Positions 8,652-16,988 of a stretch of 26,830 nt of DNA are shown one piece after another. The notes under the pieces are model-generated. The model was not told where the DNA came from and did not search any database. It worked only from the letters and a program-made list of their open reading frames with translations. Within the stretch, counting starts at the first letter, position 1, and every line of letters starts with the position of its first letter. The stretch covers positions 1 through 26,830 of the forward strand of contig JBELBG010000001.1 in the NCBI GenBank assembly GCA_042095435.1. The letters are read 5' to 3'. The DNA comes from Thiotrichaceae bacterium. GTDB taxonomy: Bacteria; Pseudomonadota; Gammaproteobacteria; Eutrophobiales; Eutrophobiaceae. A program made the position numbers and the translations under genes.

Positions 8652-8765
8652 GAAACTCTCCTTAACTGGAATAATGTCCCAGCAAATTACTGCAAAATGC
8701 AACAAACCATTTAAACACTATTCCTGTGTTTTACTAAGCTATATTTGAATAAAGAGAGAAAGTAT

Positions 8766-9527
8766 TTAGTTTTTAAGCTTATAACCCGTTTTATACATCC
8801 AGCAGACAGTAGTTAGGCAAACAAACATAAAAAACAAAATCATGCCCAGACTAAGAAAAACATTAACATCTGCTACGCCATAAAAACTCCATCGAAAGCC
8901 ACTTATTAAATAGACCACTGGGTTTAACAAGGTAATCTTTTGCCACGCTTCTGGCAGCATATTAATCGAATAAAAACTACCGCCTAGAAAAGTTAACGGC
9001 GTAACAATCATCATAGGCACAACCTGTAACTTTTCAAAACTGTCTGCCCAAAGACCAAGAATAAAACCAAAAAGGCTAAAGGTTAGCGCGGTTAATATTA
9101 GAAAGCCGAGCATATAAAATGGGTGCTGAACTTCATAATCTACAAACAACCTTGCTGTAATTAAAATTAACAAACCTACCGCAATGGATTTACTAGCAGC
9201 AGCGCCAACATAACCAATTATTACTTCCGCATAAGAAACAGGTGCAGATAAAACTTCATAAATAGTGCCAGTAAATTTTGGCATATAGATACTAAAAGAA
9301 GCATTGGAAATACTTTCATTAAGTAATGACAACATAATTAGTCCGGGAATAATGAATGCGGCGTAGCTGACTCCTTCGATATCACCCATGCGCGTTCCTA
9401 TCGCCGCACCAAAAACAACGAAATAAAGTGATGTCGATAAAACAGGCGAAGCTATACTTTGCATCAAGGTACGAAGTGTACGCATCATCTCGAACTTGTA
9501 GATAGCTTTGATGGCGTTGAAATTCAT
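8766..9527 (-). CDS. ABC-2 type transporter permease (YadH-like)
   Basis: 253 aa, six hydrophobic segments, [49 protein letters not shown]; 4-nt overlap with the ATPase. Confidence 0.9.
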   Translation of the reverse strand: MNFNAIKAIYKFEMMRTLRTLMQSIASPVLSTSLYFVVFGAAIGTRMGDIEGVSYAAFIIPGLIMLSLLNESISNASFSIYMPKFTGTIYEVLSAPVSYAEVIIGYVGAAASKSIAVGLLILITARLFVDYEVQHPFYMLGFLILTALTFSLFGFILGLWADSFEKLQVVPMMIVTPLTFLGGSFYSINMLPEAWQKITLLNPVVYLISGFRWSFYGVADVNVFLSLGMILFFMFVCLTTVCWMYKTGYKLKN

Positions 9528-10447
9528 TCTTTTTTTACTAGGCTAACAAAAATTTCTTCGAGAGAGCTTTCTTTTGTATTTAAATCTTTAAACTCAATAT
9601 TGCTTTCGCTTAGCTTTTTTAAAAGCTTAACAATGCCCGTCTCTTCTTTTTGAGCATCGAAGGTACAAAGTAACTCATGACCATTCGCCGTTATTTCAAT
9701 TTCGTATTCATTTAACTCTGCTGGAAGAGTCTCTAATTTGTGTTGCAAATGTAGCGTCAATTGTTTTTTACCCAGCTTTTTCATGAGCGCTTTCTTTTCT
9801 TCAACGACGATAATTTCGCCTTTATTGATAACGCCAATACGGTCGGCAATTTCTTCTGCTTCTTCAATATAGTGCGTTGTTAAAAAAATCGTTACGCCCT
9901 CCTTACGCAAGCCGTCTACCATTTCCCACATATCTTGTCGCAGCTCAACATCAACGCCCGCAGTAGGCTCATCAAGAAATAATATTGTGGGCTCATGTGA
10001 TAGCGCTTTTGCGATCATAAGTCGTCGCTTCATACCACCGGACAAGGTCATAATCTTTGAGTCTTTTTTGTCCCATAAAGAAAGTTTTCGTAAAACTTCT
10101 TCGGCATAGGAATGATTTGTTGGCTTGCCAAATATACCTCGACTGAAATTTACCGTGTTCCAGACGTTTTCAAACACATCGGTTGCGAGTTCTTGTGGAA
10201 CGAGACCTATTTTTCCTCGTATTTCTCGATAAGCAGAAGTGATATTTTGACCTTCCGCCAGTATTTCTCCGGAAGAAGGCTTTACGAGACCACAAATAGC
10301 ACTGATTAAAGTTGTCTTGCCTGCTCCATTCGGACCTAAAAGCGCAAAAATTTCACCCTTTTTAATTTCGAGATTAATATTTTTAAGTGCTTGAAAGCCT
10401 GACTTATAGGTTTTGTTCAGTTCTTTTATTGAAATAACGGACTGCAT
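9524..10447 (-). CDS. ABC transporter ATP-binding protein (YadG-like)
   Basis: Walker A GPNGAGKT, signature LSGGMKRR, Walker [10 protein letters not shown]-loop TTHY. Confidence 0.93.
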   Translation of the reverse strand: MQSVISIKELNKTYKSGFQALKNINLEIKKGEIFALLGPNGAGKTTLISAICGLVKPSSGEILAEGQNITSAYREIRGKIGLVPQELATDVFENVWNTVNFSRGIFGKPTNHSYAEEVLRKLSLWDKKDSKIMTLSGGMKRRLMIAKALSHEPTILFLDEPTAGVDVELRQDMWEMVDGLRKEGVTIFLTTHYIEEAEEIADRIGVINKGEIIVVEEKKALMKKLGKKQLTLHLQHKLETLPAELNEYEIEITANGHELLCTFDAQKEETGIVKLLKKLSESNIEFKDLNTKESSLEEIFVSLVKKE

Positions 10448-10478
10448 TTATTCCCTGCATGATATGGAAATAGCATTC

Positions 10479-10507
10479 ATCATAAAAAGCTATAAAGCGA
10501 ATGTCGA
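10479..10507 (-). promoter_or_regulatory. Candidate sigma70 promoter for the ABC pair (and possibly hcp)
   Basis: Minus strand TCGACA (10507-10502), 17 nt, TATGAT (10484-10479); one mismatch per hexamer to TTGACA/TATAAT; about 30 nt upstream of ATG 10447. Confidence 0.5.
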
Positions 10508-10551
10508 ATTAAATTCTTACGAAGTTTTTAATAAATAAGACAGGGCTATTC

Positions 10552-11142
10552 TTATTTTGAATGTATGAGATCGTTAACTTCCTTTAGTCGCTTATCACGG
10601 CCGCACCCGTATCTATAGTATTTATAACGTATAGGGTTCTTTTGATAATAGTTCTGATGATATTCTTCAGCGGAATAGAATTTTTTCTCTGGCAGAATTT
10701 CCGTAACAATCGTGGCTTTGTCTTTCAACTTTTCCTGCAGCGCCTGTTTACTTTCCTTTGCTAATTTAATTTCATTTTCATCATTAGAAAATATAGCCGC
10801 CCGGTATTGCGGGCCTTTATCACAGAACTGCCCATACGCATCAAAAGGATCGATGTTTTTCCAGAATATGTCCAACAAAGTTTTATAATTAACTTTACTG
10901 GCATCATATTCAATCAACAATGCTTCATAATGGCCTGTCGTTCCTGCTGAGGTTGATTTATAGGTTGGGTTTTCAGTATGACCGCCTGTATAGCCTGAAA
11001 TCGTGCTTTTTACACCTTCGATTTCATCGTATGGCTTTTCCATACACCAGAAACAGCCGCCTGCAAAGATAGCTGTTTTCGTTTCTGCTAACACATTTAT
11101 TTGTATGCTGCATAATATTACGGCGAGTAATAACCGAGACAT
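10552..11142 (-). CDS. msrA: Peptide-methionine (S)-S-oxide reductase MsrA with Sec signal peptide
   Basis: FAGGCFWC active site, GYTGG, GHYEA, GPQYRAAIF, AEEYHQNYY, C-terminal YGCGRD; hydrophobic N-terminal signal ending VLA. Confidence 0.95.
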   Translation of the reverse strand: MSRLLLAVILCSIQINVLAETKTAIFAGGCFWCMEKPYDEIEGVKSTISGYTGGHTENPTYKSTSAGTTGHYEALLIEYDASKVNYKTLLDIFWKNIDPFDAYGQFCDKGPQYRAAIFSNDENEIKLAKESKQALQEKLKDKATIVTEILPEKKFYSAEEYHQNYYQKNPIRYKYYRYGCGRDKRLKEVNDLIHSK

Positions 11143-11144
11143 GC

Positions 11145-11663
11145 TTATCCCCTTAAGTCAGGTAGTGGTTTATTTTCCGGAACAAACTTTATTGCTAAAC
11201 CATTATTACAATAACGTAAGCCTGTCGGCTCGGGCCCATCGTCAAAAACATGTCCCTGGTGGCCGCCACAACGTATGCAATGGTATTCTGTTCTTGGAAA
11301 AATTAATTTTAGGTCCAGTTTTGTATCAACACGGCCTTCGATAGGACGAAAAAAACTTGGCCAACCCGTACCGCTATCATATTTTGTTTCTGACTCAAAT
11401 AAAGGTAAAAAACAGGCTGCACATATAAAAGTACCTTTTTCCTTAACATGGTTTAAAGGACTCGAACCGGCAGGCTCGGTACCATCTTCAAACAGTATAT
11501 TAAACTCCTGTTTCGAGACAAGATTACGCCATTCTTTTTCTGGTTTTTCTAATCGAGCTAAATTCAAACTTCTATTTACAGGGTGAGCTATAGCACCTGG
11601 CCCTACCGTGAATAATGCAGCTGAAAGCCCGGCTGCGCGATATAAAAACTGTCTGCGTTCCAT
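11145..11663 (-). CDS. msrB: Peptide-methionine (R)-S-oxide reductase MsrB with Tat signal, Zn-binding type
   Basis: MERRQFLY twin-arginine leader; CAAC and CIRC Zn pairs, KYDSGTGWPSF, GHQGHVFDDGP, RYCNNG; RBS AGGAG. Confidence 0.95.
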   Translation of the reverse strand: MERRQFLYRAAGLSAALFTVGPGAIAHPVNRSLNLARLEKPEKEWRNLVSKQEFNILFEDGTEPAGSSPLNHVKEKGTFICAACFLPLFESETKYDSGTGWPSFFRPIEGRVDTKLDLKLIFPRTEYHCIRCGGHQGHVFDDGPEPTGLRYCNNGLAIKFVPENKPLPDLRG

Positions 11664-11688
11664 ATGATTTCTCCTGTGATATTTTACC

Positions 11689-11713
11689 GACCACAGAACA
11701 GAAATTAGGTTCC
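11689..11713 (-). promoter_or_regulatory. Candidate ECF-sigma promoter upstream of msrB
   Basis: Minus strand GGAACC (11713-11708), 16 nt, GTC (11691-11689); matches the generic ECF GGAAC...GTC pattern, but the -10 tail GTCGGT deviates from the RpoE consensus. Confidence 0.35.
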
Positions 11714-11720
11714 AGTTTTA

Positions 11721-12629
11721 TTAAATAACGCTGGCTATCAACGGGATATAATGGTCAACCAGAAGGAAAGCAAACACAAACATTAAGTAGATTAATGAAT
11801 ATGAAAACGTTTGCATTGCGAGGCGATCTGCATGGTCATATTGCATACGGATAGCATAGTAGAGAAAACCTATCCCTAATATCACCGCGCCGACCAGATA
11901 GAACATACCGGACATGCCAACGAGATAGGGCAGCAAAGATACCAATACCATTAAAATGGTATAGAGCAAGATATGTAAGCGGGTAAATTCTACGCCATGA
12001 GTAACCGGTAACATCGGCATATCTACCTTGGCATAATCTTCACGACGATAAATAGCTAACGCCCAAAAATGCGGTGGCGTCCAGGCAAAAATAATGAGGA
12101 ATAATAATAAGGAATTCGGGTCAAGCGTCCCTGTAACAGCGGTCCAGCCTAATACAGGAGGTGCTGCACCTGCCGCGCCACCAATAACAATATTCTGTGG
12201 CGTCGCACGTTTTAAATACATCGTATAAATAAAGGCGTAACCAATTAGAGAAGCTGCGGTCAGGCCTGCAGTTAACGGGTTCACCAGAAAGGCGAGAATA
12301 CCCATCGAAATCGTGCCTAAAAACCAGGCAAAAATAATGGCATTAAGCGCACTAACCTTACCTTCCGGCAATGGTCTTTTTTTGGTTCGCGCCATAACCG
12401 TATCAATTTTATGATCGACCACATGATTAATAGCTGCCGCAGAAGCCGCAGCCATCCCGATACCAATAGTGCCAAAAATTAAAATATCCCACGGCACCAT
12501 AGCAGGCGTTGCTAAAAACATACCGACAATGGCCGTGAAGACAATAAGCGACACAACTTTGGGCTTACAAAGCTCAAGATAATCCTGCCAAGCTAGAGTT
12601 GATGCGTCATTTGCTGTTTGATCTTTCAT
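11721..12629 (-). CDS. cyoE: Protoheme IX farnesyltransferase (heme O synthase)
   Basis: [67 protein letters not shown]. Confidence 0.95.
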   Translation of the reverse strand: MKDQTANDASTLAWQDYLELCKPKVVSLIVFTAIVGMFLATPAMVPWDILIFGTIGIGMAAASAAAINHVVDHKIDTVMARTKKRPLPEGKVSALNAIIFAWFLGTISMGILAFLVNPLTAGLTAASLIGYAFIYTMYLKRATPQNIVIGGAAGAAPPVLGWTAVTGTLDPNSLLLFLIIFAWTPPHFWALAIYRREDYAKVDMPMLPVTHGVEFTRLHILLYTILMVLVSLLPYLVGMSGMFYLVGAVILGIGFLYYAIRMQYDHADRLAMQTFSYSLIYLMFVFAFLLVDHYIPLIASVI

Positions 12630-12652
12630 TGTGACTTTAAATTTAACTTTTG

Positions 12653-13645
12653 TTATCTGTTTTCCGGCAAACTGTGGTGTAAGAGGCTCATCAAGGACAG
12701 TAATAGTAACGCAGCAACCCCATTGTGCGCTACCGCAACTGGCAGCGGCAGAGAAAACTTAACATTTGCTATGCCCAGAGAAACCTGAATTATTAATAAA
12801 ATCAGCGTGAAAATACCCGTTACTTTTAACTGCGATAGTCCGGAACGAATGGCCTGTATCGCAACGTAAAATAGAGAGAAAAACGCTATAACCGCACCTA
12901 TTCGATGCACCATATGAATCGCTGTGCGAGCAGGACCAAGTAAAACGCCACCTTCGTAATCAACACCTAGGCCTCGCCAAAGAATAAAGCCTTCATTGAA
13001 ATCCATATTCGGCCACCAGACACCCTGACAGGTTGGAAAATCCGGGCAGGCAAGCGCAGCATAGTTTGAGCTCGTCCAGCCGCCTAATGAGATTTGCAAA
13101 CTCAATACTATGATTGCGAAGACGGATAATGAAAATAATGGTTTATACCCTGCGCTTACAAAAATACCTTGCTGAGATTGCTGACGCAAAACCAACCAGG
13201 CCAGCAAACAAAGTATTGTCAGACCGCCTATAAGGTGCGACATCACGATTACTGGTTTAAGTAATAAAGTTACTGTCCACATGCCCAGCATTCCCTGAAA
13301 AACCACTAACACTAAAAGCACGGAAGTAAAGGTTCGCAAATTAGACAGAGATGATTTAAACCAGCTCATGAATGCCATAACTAAAATTAAAAAACCTAAG
13401 GTGCTGGCAGCATATCTATGAATCATTTCTTTCCAGGCTTTAGCATGCTCTAACGGCCTTACTTCTAGGTACTCATTATCTGCCTCAATCTGATCCGGCA
13501 CGAGTATGCTGCCGTAACAGCCCGGCCAATCCGGGCAGCCTAAACCCGCATCTGATAACCGCACATAAGCGCCAAGCACAATTACAAACAGAGCCAATAA
13601 AGTTGAAGCTCGAGCAATATTTAAAATGACTTTATTACTTTGCAC
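12653..13645 (-). CDS. ctaA: Heme A synthase (COX15/CtaA family)
   Basis: [25 protein letters not shown], second ACPDFPTC loop, HMVHR, AHNGVA; GTG start. Confidence 0.92.
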   Translation of the reverse strand: MQSNKVILNIARASTLLALFVIVLGAYVRLSDAGLGCPDWPGCYGSILVPDQIEADNEYLEVRPLEHAKAWKEMIHRYAASTLGFLILVMAFMSWFKSSLSNLRTFTSVLLVLVVFQGMLGMWTVTLLLKPVIVMSHLIGGLTILCLLAWLVLRQQSQQGIFVSAGYKPLFSLSVFAIIVLSLQISLGGWTSSNYAALACPDFPTCQGVWWPNMDFNEGFILWRGLGVDYEGGVLLGPARTAIHMVHRIGAVIAFFSLFYVAIQAIRSGLSQLKVTGIFTLILLIIQVSLGIANVKFSLPLPVAVAHNGVAALLLLSLMSLLHHSLPENR

Positions 13646-13651
13646 CTTTGT

Positions 13652-14257
13652 TTAACCTATGCGCGAACCACGCAACAACTTTTTAAGATCTTTATAGATA
13701 TCGCCCGGGTTCGTTCCCGGTTTATAATTCATCATCAAGTTGCCAACTGGATCGACAATATAAATTCTATTTGCGTCTAATGGTTTTTCTGAACCTGTTA
13801 ATTTAAATTTATTAACTACCTGTTCAACATTAATAGTTTCATTGTTTATTAATTGTTGGCCGGCATAGTCGCTCAACTTTCCTTTTAGTGTTTCATCAGG
13901 CTCTGTCGTTAATAACAAAACGCGCTGAACCCGTAATGAATGTTTATCCATACGTGCGTGAATTTGTCGAATAAGATAGACGTTTTCCATACAAGTTTCA
14001 TCACAACTATTAGCAATATAAACTAAAGACCATTTATTAAATAAACTGTCTTTGCGTTCTTCATCAAACGGGTCAATCAAGGCCAGATCGCCAAGCTGCC
14101 TGGGTGGCTGTATTAGCTCGCCACGATTTGATGTGCCACGCATTTCCAAATAGTCCGTGTGGTTAAAAACGAACCACGATAAAAGCAATGGACTAGCAAA
14201 AAATAACCCGAGCATAATCAAGGTTATTTGATTTTTCTTTTTTACTTCTTCATTCAT
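13652..14257 (-). CDS. Membrane-anchored thioredoxin-fold (SCO-like) protein of the oxidase assembly cluster
   Basis: N-terminal TM helix, CDETC (CxxxC), RIYIVDPVGNLMM.Y, DLKKLLRGSRIG tail; position between SURF1 and ctaA is typical of gammaproteobacterial cox clusters. Confidence 0.75.
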   Translation of the reverse strand: MNEEVKKKNQITLIMLGLFFASPLLLSWFVFNHTDYLEMRGTSNRGELIQPPRQLGDLALIDPFDEERKDSLFNKWSLVYIANSCDETCMENVYLIRQIHARMDKHSLRVQRVLLLTTEPDETLKGKLSDYAGQQLINNETINVEQVVNKFKLTGSEKPLDANRIYIVDPVGNLMMNYKPGTNPGDIYKDLKKLLRGSRIG

Positions 14258-15012
14258 ATAACTAAATCTTTTTCTTCAATTTTTTTAATATTCAAAATCA
14301 AGTAAATAATGACCAACACTGCCGCAAAAGAAAACCATTGGAAAGCATAACCATAATGCGTATTTTCTCCAGAGCCCGGCAACTGCCACTTCCGAATATA
14401 CCCATGATCAGACTGCGGCTCTAATCTGATTATAAATGGCATTAAATCCAGTTGCGTTAATTCACTTAATTCATCTATATCTATACGTTGAACCCTATGA
14501 GTTTTTTCATTAACTTTTTCAGGCGGCAAATCTTTAAGCAAAACCCCTGTTTTGGGTTTTTCTTTTGCAACACCTTCTATTTCTACAATTCCGTCAGTCA
14601 ATACATAGTCTGGACTGACTGACCGATCTAAATTAGCTACTATCCAGCCTCGGTTGACCAATACGGCCTTATTACTATTAGCTAACTGAAAAGGCGTATA
14701 AACAAAATAACCTGCTTTGGTGTCGTGTACCTGATTATCTAATAGAATTTGATAATGCTCTAAAAACTCGCCCCGTGCATTTACATGTCGCCAAATCAGC
14801 TCTTTTTTACCTAAATTATTATTAATATCCAGATCAAGCTTTAACGACTGTGCTGATTGTCTGTTTTTAAAATCAGAATATAAATTTCTTTTATATTCCG
14901 CCCGGTCTAGTTGCCAAAAACCCAAAGAAATAAACAAACCTAAAAAGATCAATGTCAAAAAACTGGTTATGAACTTTGGACAAAAACACCGATTTCCAAT
15001 AATTAACTTCAT
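14254..15012 (-). CDS. SURF1 family cytochrome oxidase biogenesis protein
   Basis: LGFWQLDRAEYK, LLDNQV, GYFVYTPF, VLVNRGW, HYGYAFQWFSFA; two terminal TM helices. Confidence 0.93.
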   Translation of the reverse strand: MKLIIGNRCFCPKFITSFLTLIFLGLFISLGFWQLDRAEYKRNLYSDFKNRQSAQSLKLDLDINNNLGKKELIWRHVNARGEFLEHYQILLDNQVHDTKAGYFVYTPFQLANSNKAVLVNRGWIVANLDRSVSPDYVLTDGIVEIEGVAKEKPKTGVLLKDLPPEKVNEKTHRVQRIDIDELSELTQLDLMPFIIRLEPQSDHGYIRKWQLPGSGENTHYGYAFQWFSFAAVLVIIYLILNIKKIEEKDLVI

Positions 15013-15061
15013 TAATGCATGTGTTGCTGGTTATACTTCTTGAACGAAAGATTACTTATAA

Positions 15062-15286
15062 ATGTTTATGGCAACAATAATTTTCAAAATATACATTGCA
15101 GTTTTATTTTTAGCGATAGGGTTTTCACTCATTGCCGGCGCCTTTTTCTTAGTTAAAGATGATTCGCAATCCAAACGGCTTGCTACTTCTCTTACAGTTA
15201 GAATAACTCTATCCGTTATCCTATTTATTTCTCTTATTGTTGGCTTTAGGCTTGGCTGGATTCAGCCACATACTCCAGGCTTCTAA
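15062..15286 (+). CDS. DUF2909-type twin-transmembrane small protein
   Basis: 74 aa; SL..G.FFLVKD, LATSLTVRITLS, GWIQPH; characteristic antisense position between coxC and SURF1. Confidence 0.85.
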   Translation: MFMATIIFKIYIAVLFLAIGFSLIAGAFFLVKDDSQSKRLATSLTVRITLSVILFISLIVGFRLGWIQPHTPGF

Positions 15287-15303
15287 ACAACTTTTATATT
15301 GCC

Positions 15304-15338
15304 AAATAAAAAGAAGGCGCTTCATTAGCAGCGCCTTC
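15304..15338 (-). terminator. Rho-independent terminator after coxC
   Basis: 9-bp GC-rich stem GAAGGCGCT/AGCGCCTTC (15313-15321 / 15330-15338), 8-nt loop, followed on the minus strand by TTTTTATTT. Confidence 0.8.
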
Positions 15339-15362
15339 CATGTATGCTGATTCGTTATCTAT

Positions 15363-16256
15363 CTATATCCAGTAAACAAAGATATACAAACCTAACCAGA
15401 CCACATCAACAAAGTGCCAATACCAAGCAACACCTTCAAAAGCAAAATGGTCTTTAGAAGAAAAATGGCCTAACAGACAACGAATTAGAATGACTAACAA
15501 CATCGTTGCACCCATAGTTACATGGAAACCGTGGAAGCCAGTTAACATGAAGAAAGTCGAACCGTAGACACCTGACTTCATCGTTAAATCAAGATCACTA
15601 TATGCATGCGCATACTCATAGGCTTGATAATAAAGGAAGATGGCGCCTAATAAGATTGTTGCAGCTAACCACCAACATAATGGTTTGCGATGATCTTTCT
15701 TTAGCGCATGATGCGCAAATGTAAGCGTTACACCACTGGCTAAGAGAAGCATGGTATTTAATAAAGGAATATCAAATGCCGGAATGACTTCTTTGATAGC
15801 AACAAACTGCGACTCAACACCTTCTAATGTCATATCGGGTGTTGTCAATAATGGCCATGTCGCCTGAAAGTCTGGCCACAAGAAATGATGTGTAACAAAC
15901 CCGGAACCTTCACCACCTAACCATGGCACTGACAGTACCCTGATGTAGTAAAGTGCTCCGAAAAAAGCGGCAAAGAACATTACTTCAGAGAAGATAAACC
16001 AGCTCATGCCCCAGCGAAAACTAATATCTACCTGCTTATTGTAGCTGCCGCTCCTGCTTTCTTTAATAACATCCGCGAACCAGCCACAAAACATATAGAC
16101 AATTGCAGCCACACCTAGGCCTAACATAAATGTTCCAAAACCCGATCCATTTAGCATCACAGCTGCGCCGATAAATGTAAGAAATATAGACAAAGTACCA
16201 ACAATCGGCCAACGACTTGGATCCGGGATAAAGTATGTGTCAGGTGAGTTAGACAT
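15363..16256 (-). CDS. coxC: Cytochrome c oxidase subunit III
   Basis: YFIP.PS.WP, GMSWFIFSEVMFF..FF, PLLNTMLLLASG, YGSTFFMLTGFHGFHV, WYWHFVDVVWL. Confidence 0.96.
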   Translation of the reverse strand: MSNSPDTYFIPDPSRWPIVGTLSIFLTFIGAAVMLNGSGFGTFMLGLGVAAIVYMFCGWFADVIKESRSGSYNKQVDISFRWGMSWFIFSEVMFFAAFFGALYYIRVLSVPWLGGEGSGFVTHHFLWPDFQATWPLLTTPDMTLEGVESQFVAIKEVIPAFDIPLLNTMLLLASGVTLTFAHHALKKDHRKPLCWWLAATILLGAIFLYYQAYEYAHAYSDLDLTMKSGVYGSTFFMLTGFHGFHVTMGATMLLVILIRCLLGHFSSKDHFAFEGVAWYWHFVDVVWLGLYIFVYWI

Positions 16257-16284
16257 AACGATTCCTCTTAAATATTTATTTTTT

Positions 16285-16848
16285 TTAACTATTAATTCTT
16301 GTTTCTTTTATTTCAGTTCTAGCAACTTCTTCCGCCAACTGAAAAAACTTATAGGACAGAGTCATAACTAATATATCGCCTGGTAACTCTGAGCCGACAA
16401 TAAATCGCACGACCATTTCTTTACTTTCACCAGCTTCAAGAAGCTGTTCCGTAAAACAAAAACACTCTGTTTTATCAAAATATTTGGCAGCTATCTCCGG
16501 CGCTACACTCGGTATGGCTCTACCCGTAACCGGTTTATCAGATTTATTTTCAACAATAAATATGGCCTCGGATATTTCACCAGGGTGCACCTTCATTCTG
16601 AATTCCTTCGCTTTGAACTGCCACGGCAAAGATGCATCCACATTCGTATCAAACTCAACGGTCACTAATCGGCTTTCATCTACTTCATCAGCTTCAGCCT
16701 CAGCCTGACTTATCGTGCCAGTTGTACCACCAATACCGGTTACTTCACATGCTAGCTCGTAAAGAGGAACCAACACATAACCAAAACCAAACATCGCTAC
16801 AGCAAATAACGCCAGTTTCTTAGCTGTTTTTATCGCTTCAGTAATCAT
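16285..16848 (-). CDS. ctaG: Cytochrome c oxidase assembly copper chaperone CtaG/Cox11
   Basis: MFGFGYVLVPLY..CEVTG, LPWQF, YFDKTECFCF copper motif, TLSYKFF. Confidence 0.94.
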   Translation of the reverse strand: MITEAIKTAKKLALFAVAMFGFGYVLVPLYELACEVTGIGGTTGTISQAEAEADEVDESRLVTVEFDTNVDASLPWQFKAKEFRMKVHPGEISEAIFIVENKSDKPVTGRAIPSVAPEIAAKYFDKTECFCFTEQLLEAGESKEMVVRFIVGSELPGDILVMTLSYKFFQLAEEVARTEIKETRINS

Positions 16849-16853
16849 TTGTA

Positions 16854-16976
16854 CTACATAAACTTAATAAAAACAGCGGCGTAGAAGGCGATTGCGATCA
16901 AACCTAAAATAATGGCCAGCCGCATATTCTTTGCTGCTATATCCTTTTGCTCCGGCGTTTTGTCACTTTGATTCAT
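16854..16976 (-). CDS. 40-aa single-TM small protein (cytochrome oxidase small assembly protein-like); absent from the ORF track
   Basis: Hand translation ATG 16976 to TAG 16854: MNQSDKTPEQKDIAAKNMRLAIILGLIAIAFYAAVFIKFM; fills the coxA-ctaG gap; TPEQK...N.RL..IL pattern recalled from small peptides at this position in proteobacterial cox operons. Confidence 0.75.
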   Translation of the reverse strand: MNQSDKTPEQKDIAAKNMRLAIILGLIAIAFYAAVFIKFM

Positions 16977-16988
16977 CACTAAAATAAT

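Noticed and set aside
8358-8705. Track's 115-aa ORF with TTG-type upstream start
   Set aside because: The RBS points to GTG 8651, and the Hcp similarity continues past the TGA in other frames
8690-8712. Possible sigma54 promoter upstream of hcp (TGG...TTGC)
   Set aside because: GG-to-GC spacing does not fit the required GG-N10-GC
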